This document shows positions 12,801 to 23,979 of a stretch of DNA of 64,000 nt, in pieces (position 1 is the stretch's first letter; every line of letters starts with the position of its first letter). The DNA is taken from contig MU006105.1 in assembly GCA_010093705.1 (NCBI GenBank), forward strand, positions 287,960 to 351,959, in the 5' to 3' direction. Position numbers and translations under genes: made by a program. The notes beneath the pieces are model-generated. The model made no database searches. It worked only from the letters and a program-made list of their open reading frames with translations, and was not told the origin of the DNA. The DNA comes from Patellaria atrata CBS 101060. Its lineage: Eukaryota.

Positions 12801-15800
12801 CTACGATTGATCAGGCCACCAAGACGTTGCGAGAGGAGTCGATGTGTTTGAGGAAGCAGAGGCTTTAGGGATACGACCCGAGCAAGTTGTTCGCCGTTGG
12901 CAAGAACCGATACCACCATTGGTATGATGACAGACGATTTGCCTTCACCCATGTTGAGCTGGGTCACGAAGTTCGAAGTCTGAAATATCATTTTCTTTGC
13001 AACCAAAACCTGAATGGGACGGATTCTAAAGTCGTTCTCCAGTTCCAAAATCAACCAATCTGGGAACCCCCCGACGTCCCAGTTCCGCGGGCCCATATTC
13101 TCGAGCTCTTTGTTGAACATTACAATGTTAGCTGTTGCGGCAAATCGAACAAGACGCTCTGCCTGCTGTAGATTTGCCAACGCTTCTCCATAACAAATCA
13201 GAGCTGGTTTCCACGCTGGTGGTAGCTTCGATATCTGTGTGGATGCCAATCTAGCCAACAAGGTTTGCGGAGTCAGTTTCGGCCAGATGCCCGCTTCTCG
13301 GAACATGATTGAGGAGTCATTCTCTGGCTCCAGTTTCGCGCGGATTATTTCGAAGACTTCCCAAACATACTTCAAACATGCACCTTGGTAGGATGCAAGC
13401 TGTACTGTGTCAAACGGGAGTTCCGGTGGTAAAAGTGGTCGCTCATGCACCTTCAATGCGTTTAAGCTCTTCTGCAGTTCTTTGCCATAATTTCTGACGG
13501 TGAGATGCTTGTCAGAGATTAATTCCCCCGTGATGTCTTCAAGATCATGAAAGCTATCTTGAGTATCATTCCTCTTCAGGAGAGTGGTGGCCCTCAATCC
13601 GGATGGTGGAGACGGCAGCGATGTTGGATGCGAACTGTTGGAGAGAACTTCCTCTAGAGACGGGGCTGGTAGGTATGGTGCTGAGGGTTCTAGTGTCGGA
13701 GAGGTGATTTGGGGAGGCTGCAGTAGATGTTGAGAATGCGGGCAATTCATCACGGATAATACCCCTTGGATCCTCTGAATACAGTCGACAAATTTATGAT
13801 TTCTATAGATATCAGAAATGTAATTCGTAAGCCATCGCATCGAATTTTCTCTGGGAGTCCACGAGAGACTCATATAAGTCGGTGTCTCGACAATATGCTC
13901 AGTAGGCCATCGGTCCATTAACTGACGAATAAAGGTGTCGATCCCGGCGTTCAGCTGAGGGAGGTCAATTCTTTGCCTCTTCGTTCCCCTAGAGATCGAA
14001 CCAGATCCTTTCAAGATCTCAATGCGTCGTAACTCCGTTTCCATCACATTCCTATCTGGTTCTCTTGGTGCCATGAGGTCAAACGATCCTGATCCCAGTC
14101 GGAGGTCTCCCGAAAATTGGCCTGAGATGGAAATCGCGATAAGTGCGCGCAAGTGTTTCTCAATATGTGGCACACCAAAGGCAATAGTCCCGAACGTAAA
14201 CATCAATTTATATACTCCGTTAGCTGGAGTTGAATGGCGGCAGAGCTCGAACAGTGAGCCCCAATTGCCTGGGAGGCACATTTCGATGAGCTCTACAATC
14301 GAATGTTCTTCGAAGACTGTCCCGAAGCCGGAAACCTTAGTCCAGGTCATCATTGTCTGTAGGAGGTTTGTGTCAACGTTCAACGATTTTGGCCATTCGC
14401 TGATTATATTGCTGATATTGTAGCAACGCTGGGCATCGGGATTAATTCCGGAATCTCTTGACTTATACAATCTGTCCAAGTTTTCCTCATTAGCATCGCT
14501 GGCGGGGAGATTACTTCTAAACCTTCGGTTCTGCGCATGGGCTTTCAGGAGAAGGAGCTCATCTCCCTGATGATTAGGCTGGATTGCATCCACCCGTGAA
14601 GACGTCAGCGTTATGAGATATTCATTGCTCGCGATGATACCCCTGACGGCGAAAACAAACCCTTCATGTTGGTTGAATTTCGGGATGGACTTGTTCCATT
14701 CAACCTTTTCCTGCACAGTCATGTCGCGGGGGTAAAACTCGCGCTTGGGAGTTAATTGAGCTATGAGCTCAAGTATCTTCATCTCCTCACTACCAAGAGG
14801 AGAACAAGGTCTCAAGGAGCTCTCTCCAAGACGCCGTAATGCCTCTTCAACCCCAGTAAGACCAGTAAGCTTATCTGGAAGAGCAGAGCTCGACACAGCA
14901 TGTAGATATATGAGGAATAGTGCTGCAAGTAATTCCGGTGGTGTCTGAAGCTTACACAGATTTGTATCTACCTGGAAGACGAAATAACGCACCTTTAGTG
15001 CATCTTTATTGTGGATGGTCACAAGAGTGTGATCAGATGGCTCCTTGCTAATGGAAGTTTCCACATCGCCATATGGTACAAGGACTAGCGTTTTTCCACC
15101 CTGGTTCCTGTTGTTCGACTCTTGTAGTATGAGCTTGCTTTCAACTCCATGAAGAGTTGGTAGTGTTTGCGAAGAGGCTACAACACTACCATACTCCGGC
15201 GACTCCAATTCTCCATTGGAGTTAATAAAAAAGTTCAGGTCGTACCTGGGGAGTTCAACTTCCAAGCGGCCCTGTGCATTTGTGTACACATTTATCAACT
15301 TCTTTTCTTCAATGTTAGAGAAAATCTCACAGAGATCAGAGGCAATGTCACTTTTAGGATTGAGTAGAATCTTTGTTCCGGAGGTTAAAACATACTTCTC
15401 ATCTTCTAGAGTCAGACTCCATGGTGTATCGTCCCACGGCGACTGCAGTAATCTAAGGTGAATCGTCTTCGTTTCAATATCGATCCAATGGAAGTAGCCT
15501 TTTGTAAAAGACTTCGGCAAATTGTAACTCAACCGCCTATCATCGATAAGTTCCAAGATTTGTGTGCACTTTTCCGCTCTGATGAAGAGTGTGCCGTGAT
15601 CGAGCCCAAAGTGGACTTTATGTCCTTCAATCGGATGTGGATGCATATACTTCATACCTGTCATGTCGGAAGGACAAGCACTTAATTTACTCTTGTGAAA
15701 AAGTCTTCCGACTAGGTGGGAATCTCCATATAGTGTCGGGAGTTGCCCGAACTCTATACCCTCGACGTAGAATTCTCCAGTGAGGAGATGAAAATGAATC

Positions 15801-18800
15801 CGCTGTTTATTGCGGTTAGACATCGATTGGGTGAGGGTTGTGACCCAACCCTTCCTATTGTCGAATGAGACGGGTCTCCAAGGTTCCACAATTGATAACG
15901 AAGGTATAAATCGAGATAACGCTTGAGACATCCCGTCCGAGATAGTATTCTTACAGATAGCGGACTCCAGCTTAGGACTTACAGTGTGACTTATCCTTTG
16001 GGTGCGCGTGGTTATGTGCTCTCCGGAGAGGTGAATGAGGATTGCTGTCTCGATGAAGATAGCAATGGTGGTCTCGTCAGCGAAAACGTCGTCCAAGAAT
16101 TTACCATCCACATCCACTGTGTGCTGACAAAGTGCAGCAGCTTTAAAAAGCATGGTCTGGAATTTGGATTGACTTTCATCCTCACCAATGCGCTTGTATA
16201 GGTCTCTACACCATTCCATAGTTGAGCTGCGCAGATCCCTCAAGTAGTCTAGGGCTAACCGGACAATCTCTTTAGAAGGCGATAGTGACAATGTTCTTAA
16301 ACATATGTCAATAAGGATAGAGATACAGTGATGTTCGCTCCAATTCCCCTCGCTGAGTAGCTTCCTACGAGATACCGCATCTAGAAGAGCATAGCAGAAT
16401 GATGCATCCTCAAACAAGAAATGTGATTCCCTTCTAGCGGAACTCTTGTGTTCTGTCCCAGTCTGCAATGATGCTTGGGTGAAAAGCACAACAACAGGTT
16501 CCGTATATATCAAGTTCGAGCTGGATAGCTCTCGCGCCATATTTAGCCACTGTAGTCGTTCTCCTGAACGCAGTGAGAGAAAAGCGTACTGCAGGTTCAG
16601 ATCCAAATCATGTGGACAAGCACCCTGCTCAGAGATGGCTCTATTCGCCGGTTCCAAAGGCGAGTTTACCGCCCACTGAAATTGCTCAAACGAACCGCTG
16701 GGCAAAGTTAGGGTACACTTGGGCTGAAAGGATAAGTCTTTCTTTTGGCCTGCCACCCATTGCGGTCTGTTTTTGTCCAAGTTCTTAAGATCCAAAAATT
16801 TGTAGTCGGCTCCCAGTGGCCTGATTATACTTTCGACAGACGCGTCTGAGAACTTCTCATATCTCCAATGAGCGACCATAAATGGCTTCTTGGATGTGCC
16901 GAGCGAGATGCGCGTTCTGGCGGAGCTGTTCTCCTGGAATGGCAATTCTCTTTGATTTGATAGTGTCTGTATGCATGGTTCTCCAATGACACTTTCATTC
17001 CTTGCTAGGTCTTGAATCACAAGCCATGTCGAGTTCCGCCAACACACAAAAGTCGTTGGTAAAAGAAGTTCAAAAACAATGAACTTCGCCTTGTGCTCAT
17101 CTGCTGGGAGTGGCTCCTCAAATATGGCTATTTTCATAGACTCGAACTCTCGCCGCTCAACGCACTTCTTGCATTGTTCAGGGACATGCCATGTTGCAGC
17201 CGGACCCAGAAAAGTGTGTTCCCGTCCGTAAGAGCGTGCTCTAATAATCTCGAACTTAGATTGTTTCTGGAAAAACTCTTGGATCTTCTTCTCGCGGTTA
17301 TCATGCGCTTTTTCGAGAATCGACCTCCGAAGCACCTGATGTTCTCTTGATTGATCAAAGTACTGCACTCCAAATGTCCCAGAGGCTGGATCCGCGAAGA
17401 TACAAGGGTTGTGTGGGAGAGCGGAACTCTTGCGCTCCTTCAAGTACGCTTCCACGTTTTGCAATCGCTCCATTTGTGCCAATTTTGGGAGTAACAAATG
17501 CTGAAATAGTTCCACTGGGACCTCGGGCGAAAACTCTAACAGCAAAGGAATACTCTCGGTAGCGATTGTGTCTAGGGCAACCCACAGTTCTGCTATTGTT
17601 AGATATGCGTTCGATAGACTAACGGGGTCGCATTTATAGTGGGCTGTTGCAAATGTTGCGTAATTCTCAAGCATATCTGCCAAGGCTTCAGCTTTATCAA
17701 TGGAGCCAGGAGTGACTGATCTAAGCCATTCGATCATCTTTTTAGCGACCCAATCTTCAAAATCAAACATCTCAATAAGGCTGTGATCTGATTCCGGAAG
17801 TTTTGGTGTGATCCCATCTTCATCATAAATCAGACCAAAGCATTCCTTAGGTTTGAATTCCTTTGTCTCGACTTCTTCTGACTTTCTTGACAACGCTTTC
17901 TTGATCGCGAGAAAATTTGCTCCAAAATGCAGCTTAGTGCAATCCTGGATTCTGCTCTTTTCCCAATCATATTTTGGAATCATCTTAGCTTCCTCTTTAT
18001 CTAATACTTTCTTCCATCTTTCTTCTATAATATTTCGAATGTCTGTGCTAGTCTGCAATAATTTCCTGGAGATGAACTTCATCGGATCCGTAAGTTTAGA
18101 CATTCGTCTAGCTAGCTTAGAGGAAAGTGCTTGTAGCATGTTCGTATTGATATCATTTCTGCACGCTAAAGTTCCAAGGCATCCAAGGAAGTATAACACA
18201 AATTGTTTATACATTGCTCGATGATCTCTTGGATTTTCAATCATTAGACGGCGGTGGATGGCGACTCTTAAGACGAGCCAGAGGGGGGATCGCCGCCATG
18301 GTTTCAGAGCATTCTTCCAGAGTATCTGATCCCTTGTTGCTTTCCGTAGCAGCTCGTACTTTTCCGTAGTGCCTAGTGCTCTCAGCATAGACGTGAGCTG
18401 ATGGGTTACGAGAGTGGGCGCTGACGCTCGGCGGATCTCTGGGAACTCTATTCCAGCTTTACGCGTCGTTCCGGAGAATCGAGTGACACTTTCGTTGTAT
18501 AGGTTTGCTATTCGCTCAACAAAGCAGACGCGAAATTCGGGGTTAGAAAGATGTGAAGCGGGAAATACCGCCCTAGTCCCGGGGAATAAGCGTATAAGTC
18601 GACCCTTGGTTCCGACTACATCTTCTTCCTGTGCTGAGGCCTCGAATGCCTCATAAATCACCAGATCCTCGGTTGTTCTGTGGACGGTCACCCCAGCATT
18701 TTGTGCACGGAGGAAGAGCGCAACAGTTTCTGTTGAATGATTAGGAGTCAGTGCATAGAGAGTGGTGGGTCAAAAGAAGACTGACCTCCAGGATTCATGT

Positions 18801-19104
18801 TTTCCATGGCAGAGGCAAGTTCTACCTTGTCCAACTGGTCAAACCGGGTAATATTAACCCATGAATCCAGCATCTTGAGGACGGGCAGCCAGCATAGACG
18901 ATCGGTATCGTCGCAGTCCGACTGAAAGTCTTTGAGGCTTGCGTGCACCAGTCGTAACAGGGAATACTCGTGCTGGATAATATTCTCCTCCTCACTCTGC
19001 GGTAGAACTGGTGGCAGAACCACATGGTGCAAAATAGTCAAGACCTTGTGATGATCCATCGTTGCGGATGCGGTTAATAGATTACTACCCGTGGAATCGG
19101 ACAT
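9814..19104 (-). CDS. Very large (~3,059 aa) DUF6606 + DUF3638 + DUF3645-type P-loop NTPase-like protein; exons 19104-18786, 18729-11128, 11072-9814
   Basis: Three ORFs joined in frame by introns 18785-18730 and 11127-11073, restoring LFLRAQNAG and VQACMRMRKLG. Motifs: HHVVLPPVLPQ, PWRRSPLWLVLRV, QLNMGEGKSSVI, DESDE, MAVPYRAKSVPSIASEFAHPD, GFSGTND, FDEVHTRGVDL. Confidence 0.9.
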
Positions 19105-20258
19105 TATCTATATGTGTATTTTGATGATAAGAACAATTCGTGGACAATGCGATTGTGCGTGGGAAATCTCAATGTTAGGAAGCGAATTGCATCACTGTAG
19201 AAGCGGGGAGAAGTCGGAGTAAAGTATCCAGGCAATTTGTCGGGTGATTGATGAGATTCTTTGGAACTTTTTAATGTCCGTGTGAAGTGAAGACGAAATT
19301 TGAAAGTAAGAAGGGGTGGTAACAAACGGCCTTGTCGAGCTAAGGACATGATATTGAAGCTTATGAATTGAATGCTGCCGCTCGTGACTTTCTACATCTT
19401 ACCAAGGCCTCTATTAACTGCGAAAGAAGTTTATCACTTGACCATTTATTCACATAAACCTGATCACGCAATTCCATACTGGATATGGAACTATCACTCC
19501 CTTTTGCAATGAGTGCGGAAGTTTACCGCCAACTCCGCCATGCTGCCTCCCTCTTCTTTCGACGAGCACTTACGGCTCTGAGCATACTTGATGGTGTAAT
19601 GGGTAACTGAAACCATATGAATAGGAAAATTGATTCTTCGACAGATAAATAGGAAAATGCTAGTTTTGACGTTGAACGGCATGAGAAGTTGAGTCTTAGC
19701 CATTGATTTAGTTCTACTTAACTGCGGATCTAACTTGTGATAGTTTTGTGCAATCATAGCGATAAATACAACCACTGTCCTTTGATGGGAATGAAAATAT
19801 GAGATGAAGTTCAAGAAGAGACGTCGGTCCATCTGATAACTTCCCAAGCAGTTTCCGAAGATCATCCGTCACTGCAATAGTAGTTATAGTTCTAGAACTA
19901 AGGATTATCTACCAGTTTTTAGTAGATACTTTCCCATTCGAATTGTAATACCCATTCCTAGTTCTATTATCTTGAATCATTTTGTTGACTACTGAGGTTC
20001 TTTGATATAGTTTTACCCCTTTACAGTTAGCCCCTTGACTCTACGGAGTACCCGTACTTGGTATCTTACTAAGGTAGCGACCACCTCACGTCGAGCCTTA
20101 CCATATCTCACCGAGTTTCCCACCATCGACCCTATGTTTTAGGGCGCATTAGGATAACTATACATCTGATCTATGGTCATTATGGCTATTAGCATCAGCG
20201 ATAGCGCCGACTAATATGCTCATTACCGTGCATCAGCTTCTATCTCTAAGACACCAAA

Positions 20259-22214
20259 ATGCTATCATGGCGCTTGAAACGCAAATTCGCTACTGGTCCT
20301 TCTAAACGCACGTCGAGCAGCTCGAAAGCCGATCAGGAACCCATAACACATATCAACCCGCTCGAAACCGAGCCTGATGATCCGGCCCTTGATGAACTCA
20401 ATCAATCTTTATTAATCTTGACCGATATCTTCCCTAATGTGCAACCGGAAGTCTTCCGCGAGATGCTGGCAAACTTCGACAGGGAGAGCCGACTTCAGGT
20501 TATCACGGAAAATATCCTCAAATATCGAACAAAATGGGTGAAGGGCCGCGACGGGTTGCAAAAGGAGATGCCACGATACAAGTATAGAGATGTTGCACGG
20601 GTGGAGACGAAAAATGGCCCATTGCCTCAGGAGGAAAGGTTCAGAAACGAAGGTTATAAGCACGCTGCACGGACAGCTTTGTATCAGGAGTTCAAGAGCT
20701 TAAGTCACTCCACTGTAAGAGCTGTACTGGCAGAATATAACTATTCGTACACGAATGCTCGTCCAACGCTTCTCGCCTTGGTATCAAGGTCTTGGAAAAC
20801 CTCGTTTACGACGTTTTTTACACGTCGAAAGCCCCCTTCTATCAGTGACCATCCTTTAATCCTCTGGTCTTCAACAGGTTCAAACCCAAGACCGACTTTA
20901 CTTTGGACCGAAAACGCAGAACTAAATAAAGAGTTATATGATACACTCATTGCACCGATACTGGCCAAGGAGAAAAATGAACAGGAAGCTAGTGATCGTA
21001 TTTTTGCTGAAAGTCTTAACGAAGTTGAAGCAGAAGATGCTGGCGCAATGTATGACTGTGAATGCTGCTTCATACCGAACGCCTTCGAGTCTATCTCCGT
21101 TTGTGACGATCATTGTCATTTCATATGTTTCCGCTGCATTCGGAATTCGGTTCGGGAAGCTCTTTACGGCCAGGGTTGGGCTAGAAACATTGACTCCGGG
21201 AGAGGAACTCTGCGATGTGTCGCTCCGTCAAGCAACGATCAAGGGGAGTGTCGAGGCTGCATCGCTTCCGTTATGGTGCAAAGGGCATTGCTGTCTGAAG
21301 TCGATGGGGAAACCAGTTGGAGGAAATTAGAAGAGCGCTCCGTAAGCGAAAATCTTGTTAAAGCTCAGATACCGGTCTTGAAATGCCCTTTTTGCTACTA
21401 CGCCGAGGTCGATGATATTACTCTTTCAAGTCAACACATATATCGAGTGTGGAACAAACCTAGACTATGGGTTGCCATCCTGCTGTTGTTACAGTTACTC
21501 AATACGTCGCCGGTTCGTACAATGTTTCGACTCGCCGTTCTGTGTCTCTTTTTGCTCTTATCCTTCAACTATTTCCTTTCTAATCCTTTCAATCTTTTAC
21601 AACCTATTGAATCATCACTGCTTCGACTTGCTCAGAAGCAGCGTGGACTCAAATTCACCTGTCTCTCTCCTACTTGTGGTCGAAAGTCATGCATCAAATG
21701 TCATAAGTCGTGGGTGGATATCCACGTGTGTTATGAATCTGAACTTCTCTCTCTTCGTACCACGATTGAGCTCGCTACCTCTGCAGCTATAAAACGTACA
21801 TGTCCGCAATGTAATCTCTCTTTCGTCAAAAGTGCGGGCTGCAACAAGTTGACGTGCGTTTGCGGCTACATGATGTGCTATGTCTGTCGTCAACAGATTG
21901 GGAAAGATGGCTATGGACACTTTTGCCAGCACTTCAGAGTCCAACCAGGCAGAGCATGTACAGAGTGCGAGAAGTGCGACTTGTATCGCACAGAGGACGA
22001 GGATGTGCTGATTAAGCGTGCGGCAGAGCAGGCGGAACGGGAGTGGAGGGAAAAGAATGGAACGGATAAAAGTGTGCAGTGGGAGAAAAGGGTCTGGGAG
22101 CTAGAAGGGAAAAGTTCTACCGTTAGAAGCGTGGAGAATATGTGTCAAAAGCTTAAGACGAGAACCTTTTGGGAGGAGATGATCGATCTGGTAGTGGAAT
22201 ATTTCACTGCATAG
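20259..22214 (+). CDS. RBR (RING-IBR-RING) E3 ubiquitin ligase, RNF216/TRIAD3-like, with N-terminal CUE-like segment
   Basis: 651-aa intronless ORF: L.DIFP CUE-like motif; RING1 CECC..C..HCHFICFRC; IBR CPFC...CLSPTC..SCIKC..H.C; RING2 CPQC..KSAGCNKLTCVCGYMMCYVC with the catalytic Cys. Confidence 0.9.
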   Translation: MLSWRLKRKFATGPSKRTSSSSKADQEPITHINPLETEPDDPALDELNQSLLILTDIFPNVQPEVFREMLANFDRESRLQVITENILKYRTKWVKGRDGLQKEMPRYKYRDVARVETKNGPLPQEERFRNEGYKHAARTALYQEFKSLSHSTVRAVLAEYNYSYTNARPTLLALVSRSWKTSFTTFFTRRKPPSISDHPLILWSSTGSNPRPTLLWTENAELNKELYDTLIAPILAKEKNEQEASDRIFAESLNEVEAEDAGAMYDCECCFIPNAFESISVCDDHCHFICFRCIRNSVREALYGQGWARNIDSGRGTLRCVAPSSNDQGECRGCIASVMVQRALLSEVDGETSWRKLEERSVSENLVKAQIPVLKCPFCYYAEVDDITLSSQHIYRVWNKPRLWVAILLLLQLLNTSPVRTMFRLAVLCLFLLLSFNYFLSNPFNLLQPIESSLLRLAQKQRGLKFTCLSPTCGRKSCIKCHKSWVDIHVCYESELLSLRTTIELATSAAIKRTCPQCNLSFVKSAGCNKLTCVCGYMMCYVCRQQIGKDGYGHFCQHFRVQPGRACTECEKCDLYRTEDEDVLIKRAAEQAEREWREKNGTDKSVQWEKRVWELEGKSSTVRSVENMCQKLKTRTFWEEMIDLVVEYFTA

Positions 22215-22360
22215 CTATGAGAAATGATGATATCCATATCATATGACTGGAAGAGACCTAACTTAGAGACAGCGGGTAATGATTATATTATTACATTACA
22301 TGCGTGTATATGATATTCTAGCGATTAGCAGGAAATCATACTTTTGGGTTGGACTAGGAT

Positions 22361-23143
22361 TCAAGTTCTTTTCATCTCCTCGATGACCTTTTCCAAATTT
22401 CCGACCTCATGCGCAAACCTTCCCAAAAATAATCCGTCCACGCCCTCCTTCAAATTTTCAAAGGTTCCTGGTCCTGCACTACCTCCATATAGAATTCTTA
22501 CTCTACCCTTCCTCTCCCCACAGATTCGTCTCAATTCCTTGGTGACGGCTACAACATGATCCTTCCCTGCTGGTTCACTAGCACCAATCGCCCAAACAGG
22601 CTCATAAGCAAATATCACTTCAGAGCCATCCGGAATAGCTGCAAGTGCCGACAACATCTGAGTTCTACATTCTCTCACAGCCATCCCTACGGCAGCAGAA
22701 GCGGGACCAGAGCTGGGTGCAGACACTTCCCCAACGCAGATTAAAGGTATCATCCCGTTTCGAACAACAGCAGCCGCCTTTTTCGCAATGTTGCCGTCAG
22801 TCTCGCCGAACAATCGTCTCCGCTCCGCATGGCCTAGTTCCACTATTGAGACACCAATGTCTTTAAGCGACTGCGGGGATACTTCTCCGGTAAAAGCACC
22901 ATAGTCTTCGAAATAGGTGTCTTGAGCGCCGAGTAGCACCGGGTCCGGGGTTGAGGAGAGAATTGACGCGCAGGAGGTTAAGTTAAGAAAATCTGGGATG
23001 AGAAAGAGATCGACGTTAGAAGCGGCTGCCAATGGTGCCAGGGAAGCAATGTTCTTAGTGTAAGATAAGGTGCGAGAGGGAGAGAAGTACATTTTTAGGG
23101 ACGTGCCGACGATACGACGCTCAAGAGGAGGGACTGGAGGCAT
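22361..23143 (-). CDS. Triosephosphate isomerase-family protein, non-canonical paralog
   Basis: TIM motifs SLKMYF (catalytic K), GAFTGEVS, ELGHAERR (H), AYEPVWAIG (E), LYGGSA. Confidence 0.9.
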   Translation of the reverse strand: MPPVPPLERRIVGTSLKMYFSPSRTLSYTKNIASLAPLAAASNVDLFLIPDFLNLTSCASILSSTPDPVLLGAQDTYFEDYGAFTGEVSPQSLKDIGVSIVELGHAERRRLFGETDGNIAKKAAAVVRNGMIPLICVGEVSAPSSGPASAAVGMAVRECRTQMLSALAAIPDGSEVIFAYEPVWAIGASEPAGKDHVVAVTKELRRICGERKGRVRILYGGSAGPGTFENLKEGVDGLFLGRFAHEVGNLEKVIEEMKRT

Positions 23144-23764
23144 TGTGCTTCAACTTGTAATTGCATAGCAGTTCTACTGTATAGCGCCTTCAGCAGAGTC
23201 CACTATTAGTTTCAGTATGTATAGTTCTGCCCAGGTTCAGGGACGATTGTACGGAGTAGTTCTCGTCGTATTAAGGTAGTTCTAAAGTGACGTACGTCCC
23301 GCTCCACGCCGTCCCACCGTTTAACTCTGAGATATCGAGCTCATCTCCGATGATGGCGGAGCGGAATCGCGGACTATAGAACTAAACTACTCGTTTCTAA
23401 CCGTCCTTCTTGTAGCACCCCGGTCCTGGAGCCCGTGGCCGGATTCCGAGAGGCCAAGGGGTCCTTGGTCCCTTGAACCCCCACCTTTTGTTGTCCCACC
23501 ACCCCAGGCTTTACTCTCGAAATTCTCCTCCGAGAGTCGGTCGCTCTGAAAAAAAAAACAACCAATTTCCCACATTAGTCCAGGCAAAGAACGAACCATT
23601 CTGTGGAACTCTGGTTGTGAGAAGCAATACATGCAGCGAGATCTAGTAGATCGCTGGGCCCGGGTCAGGTACTTCGGATAGGTAAAGGGGATTTACAGGG
23701 TTCGAGAGTGACGACGAACATTGAGGGGTCAATCTCCTAGGAGCAACAGGAGCTACGGACGAGG

Positions 23765-23898
23765 GTAAGCTAGATTGACTATCCTAAGGAAGCAATAAGG
23801 TGTCTAAGTCATCTTTTGTTTGCTGTTGGGCGATTCTAATATATTTCCTATAGTTGTTCCCCCTAGTAGTGTCCAGAACTGTAACTAACCATCTACAG
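23765..23898 (+). other. Probable 5'-UTR intron of the MTHFR gene
   Basis: Donor GTAAGC at 23765, branch CTAAC 23885-23889, acceptor CAG ending 23898, 81 nt upstream of the ATG. Confidence 0.65.
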
Positions 23899-23979
23899 TT
23901 TCAATCAATTCTCATCATTTGGTCTCCTCACTTCACTTGCTATTTGTAAGAGGTAGAACTAAGAGCTTGCTTGGTCGAC

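Noticed and set aside
10112..18656. Many 60-140 aa ORFs overlapping the giant gene
   Set aside because: Antisense or alternative-frame shadows of a long CDS; the same applies to ORFs overlapping RRP8, HAUS6 and the RBR gene.
23400..23900. TPP riboswitch in the MTHFR leader
   Set aside because: The conserved TPP aptamer motifs (CUGAGA and the downstream CUGAU..UAAU..AGCG) were not found.
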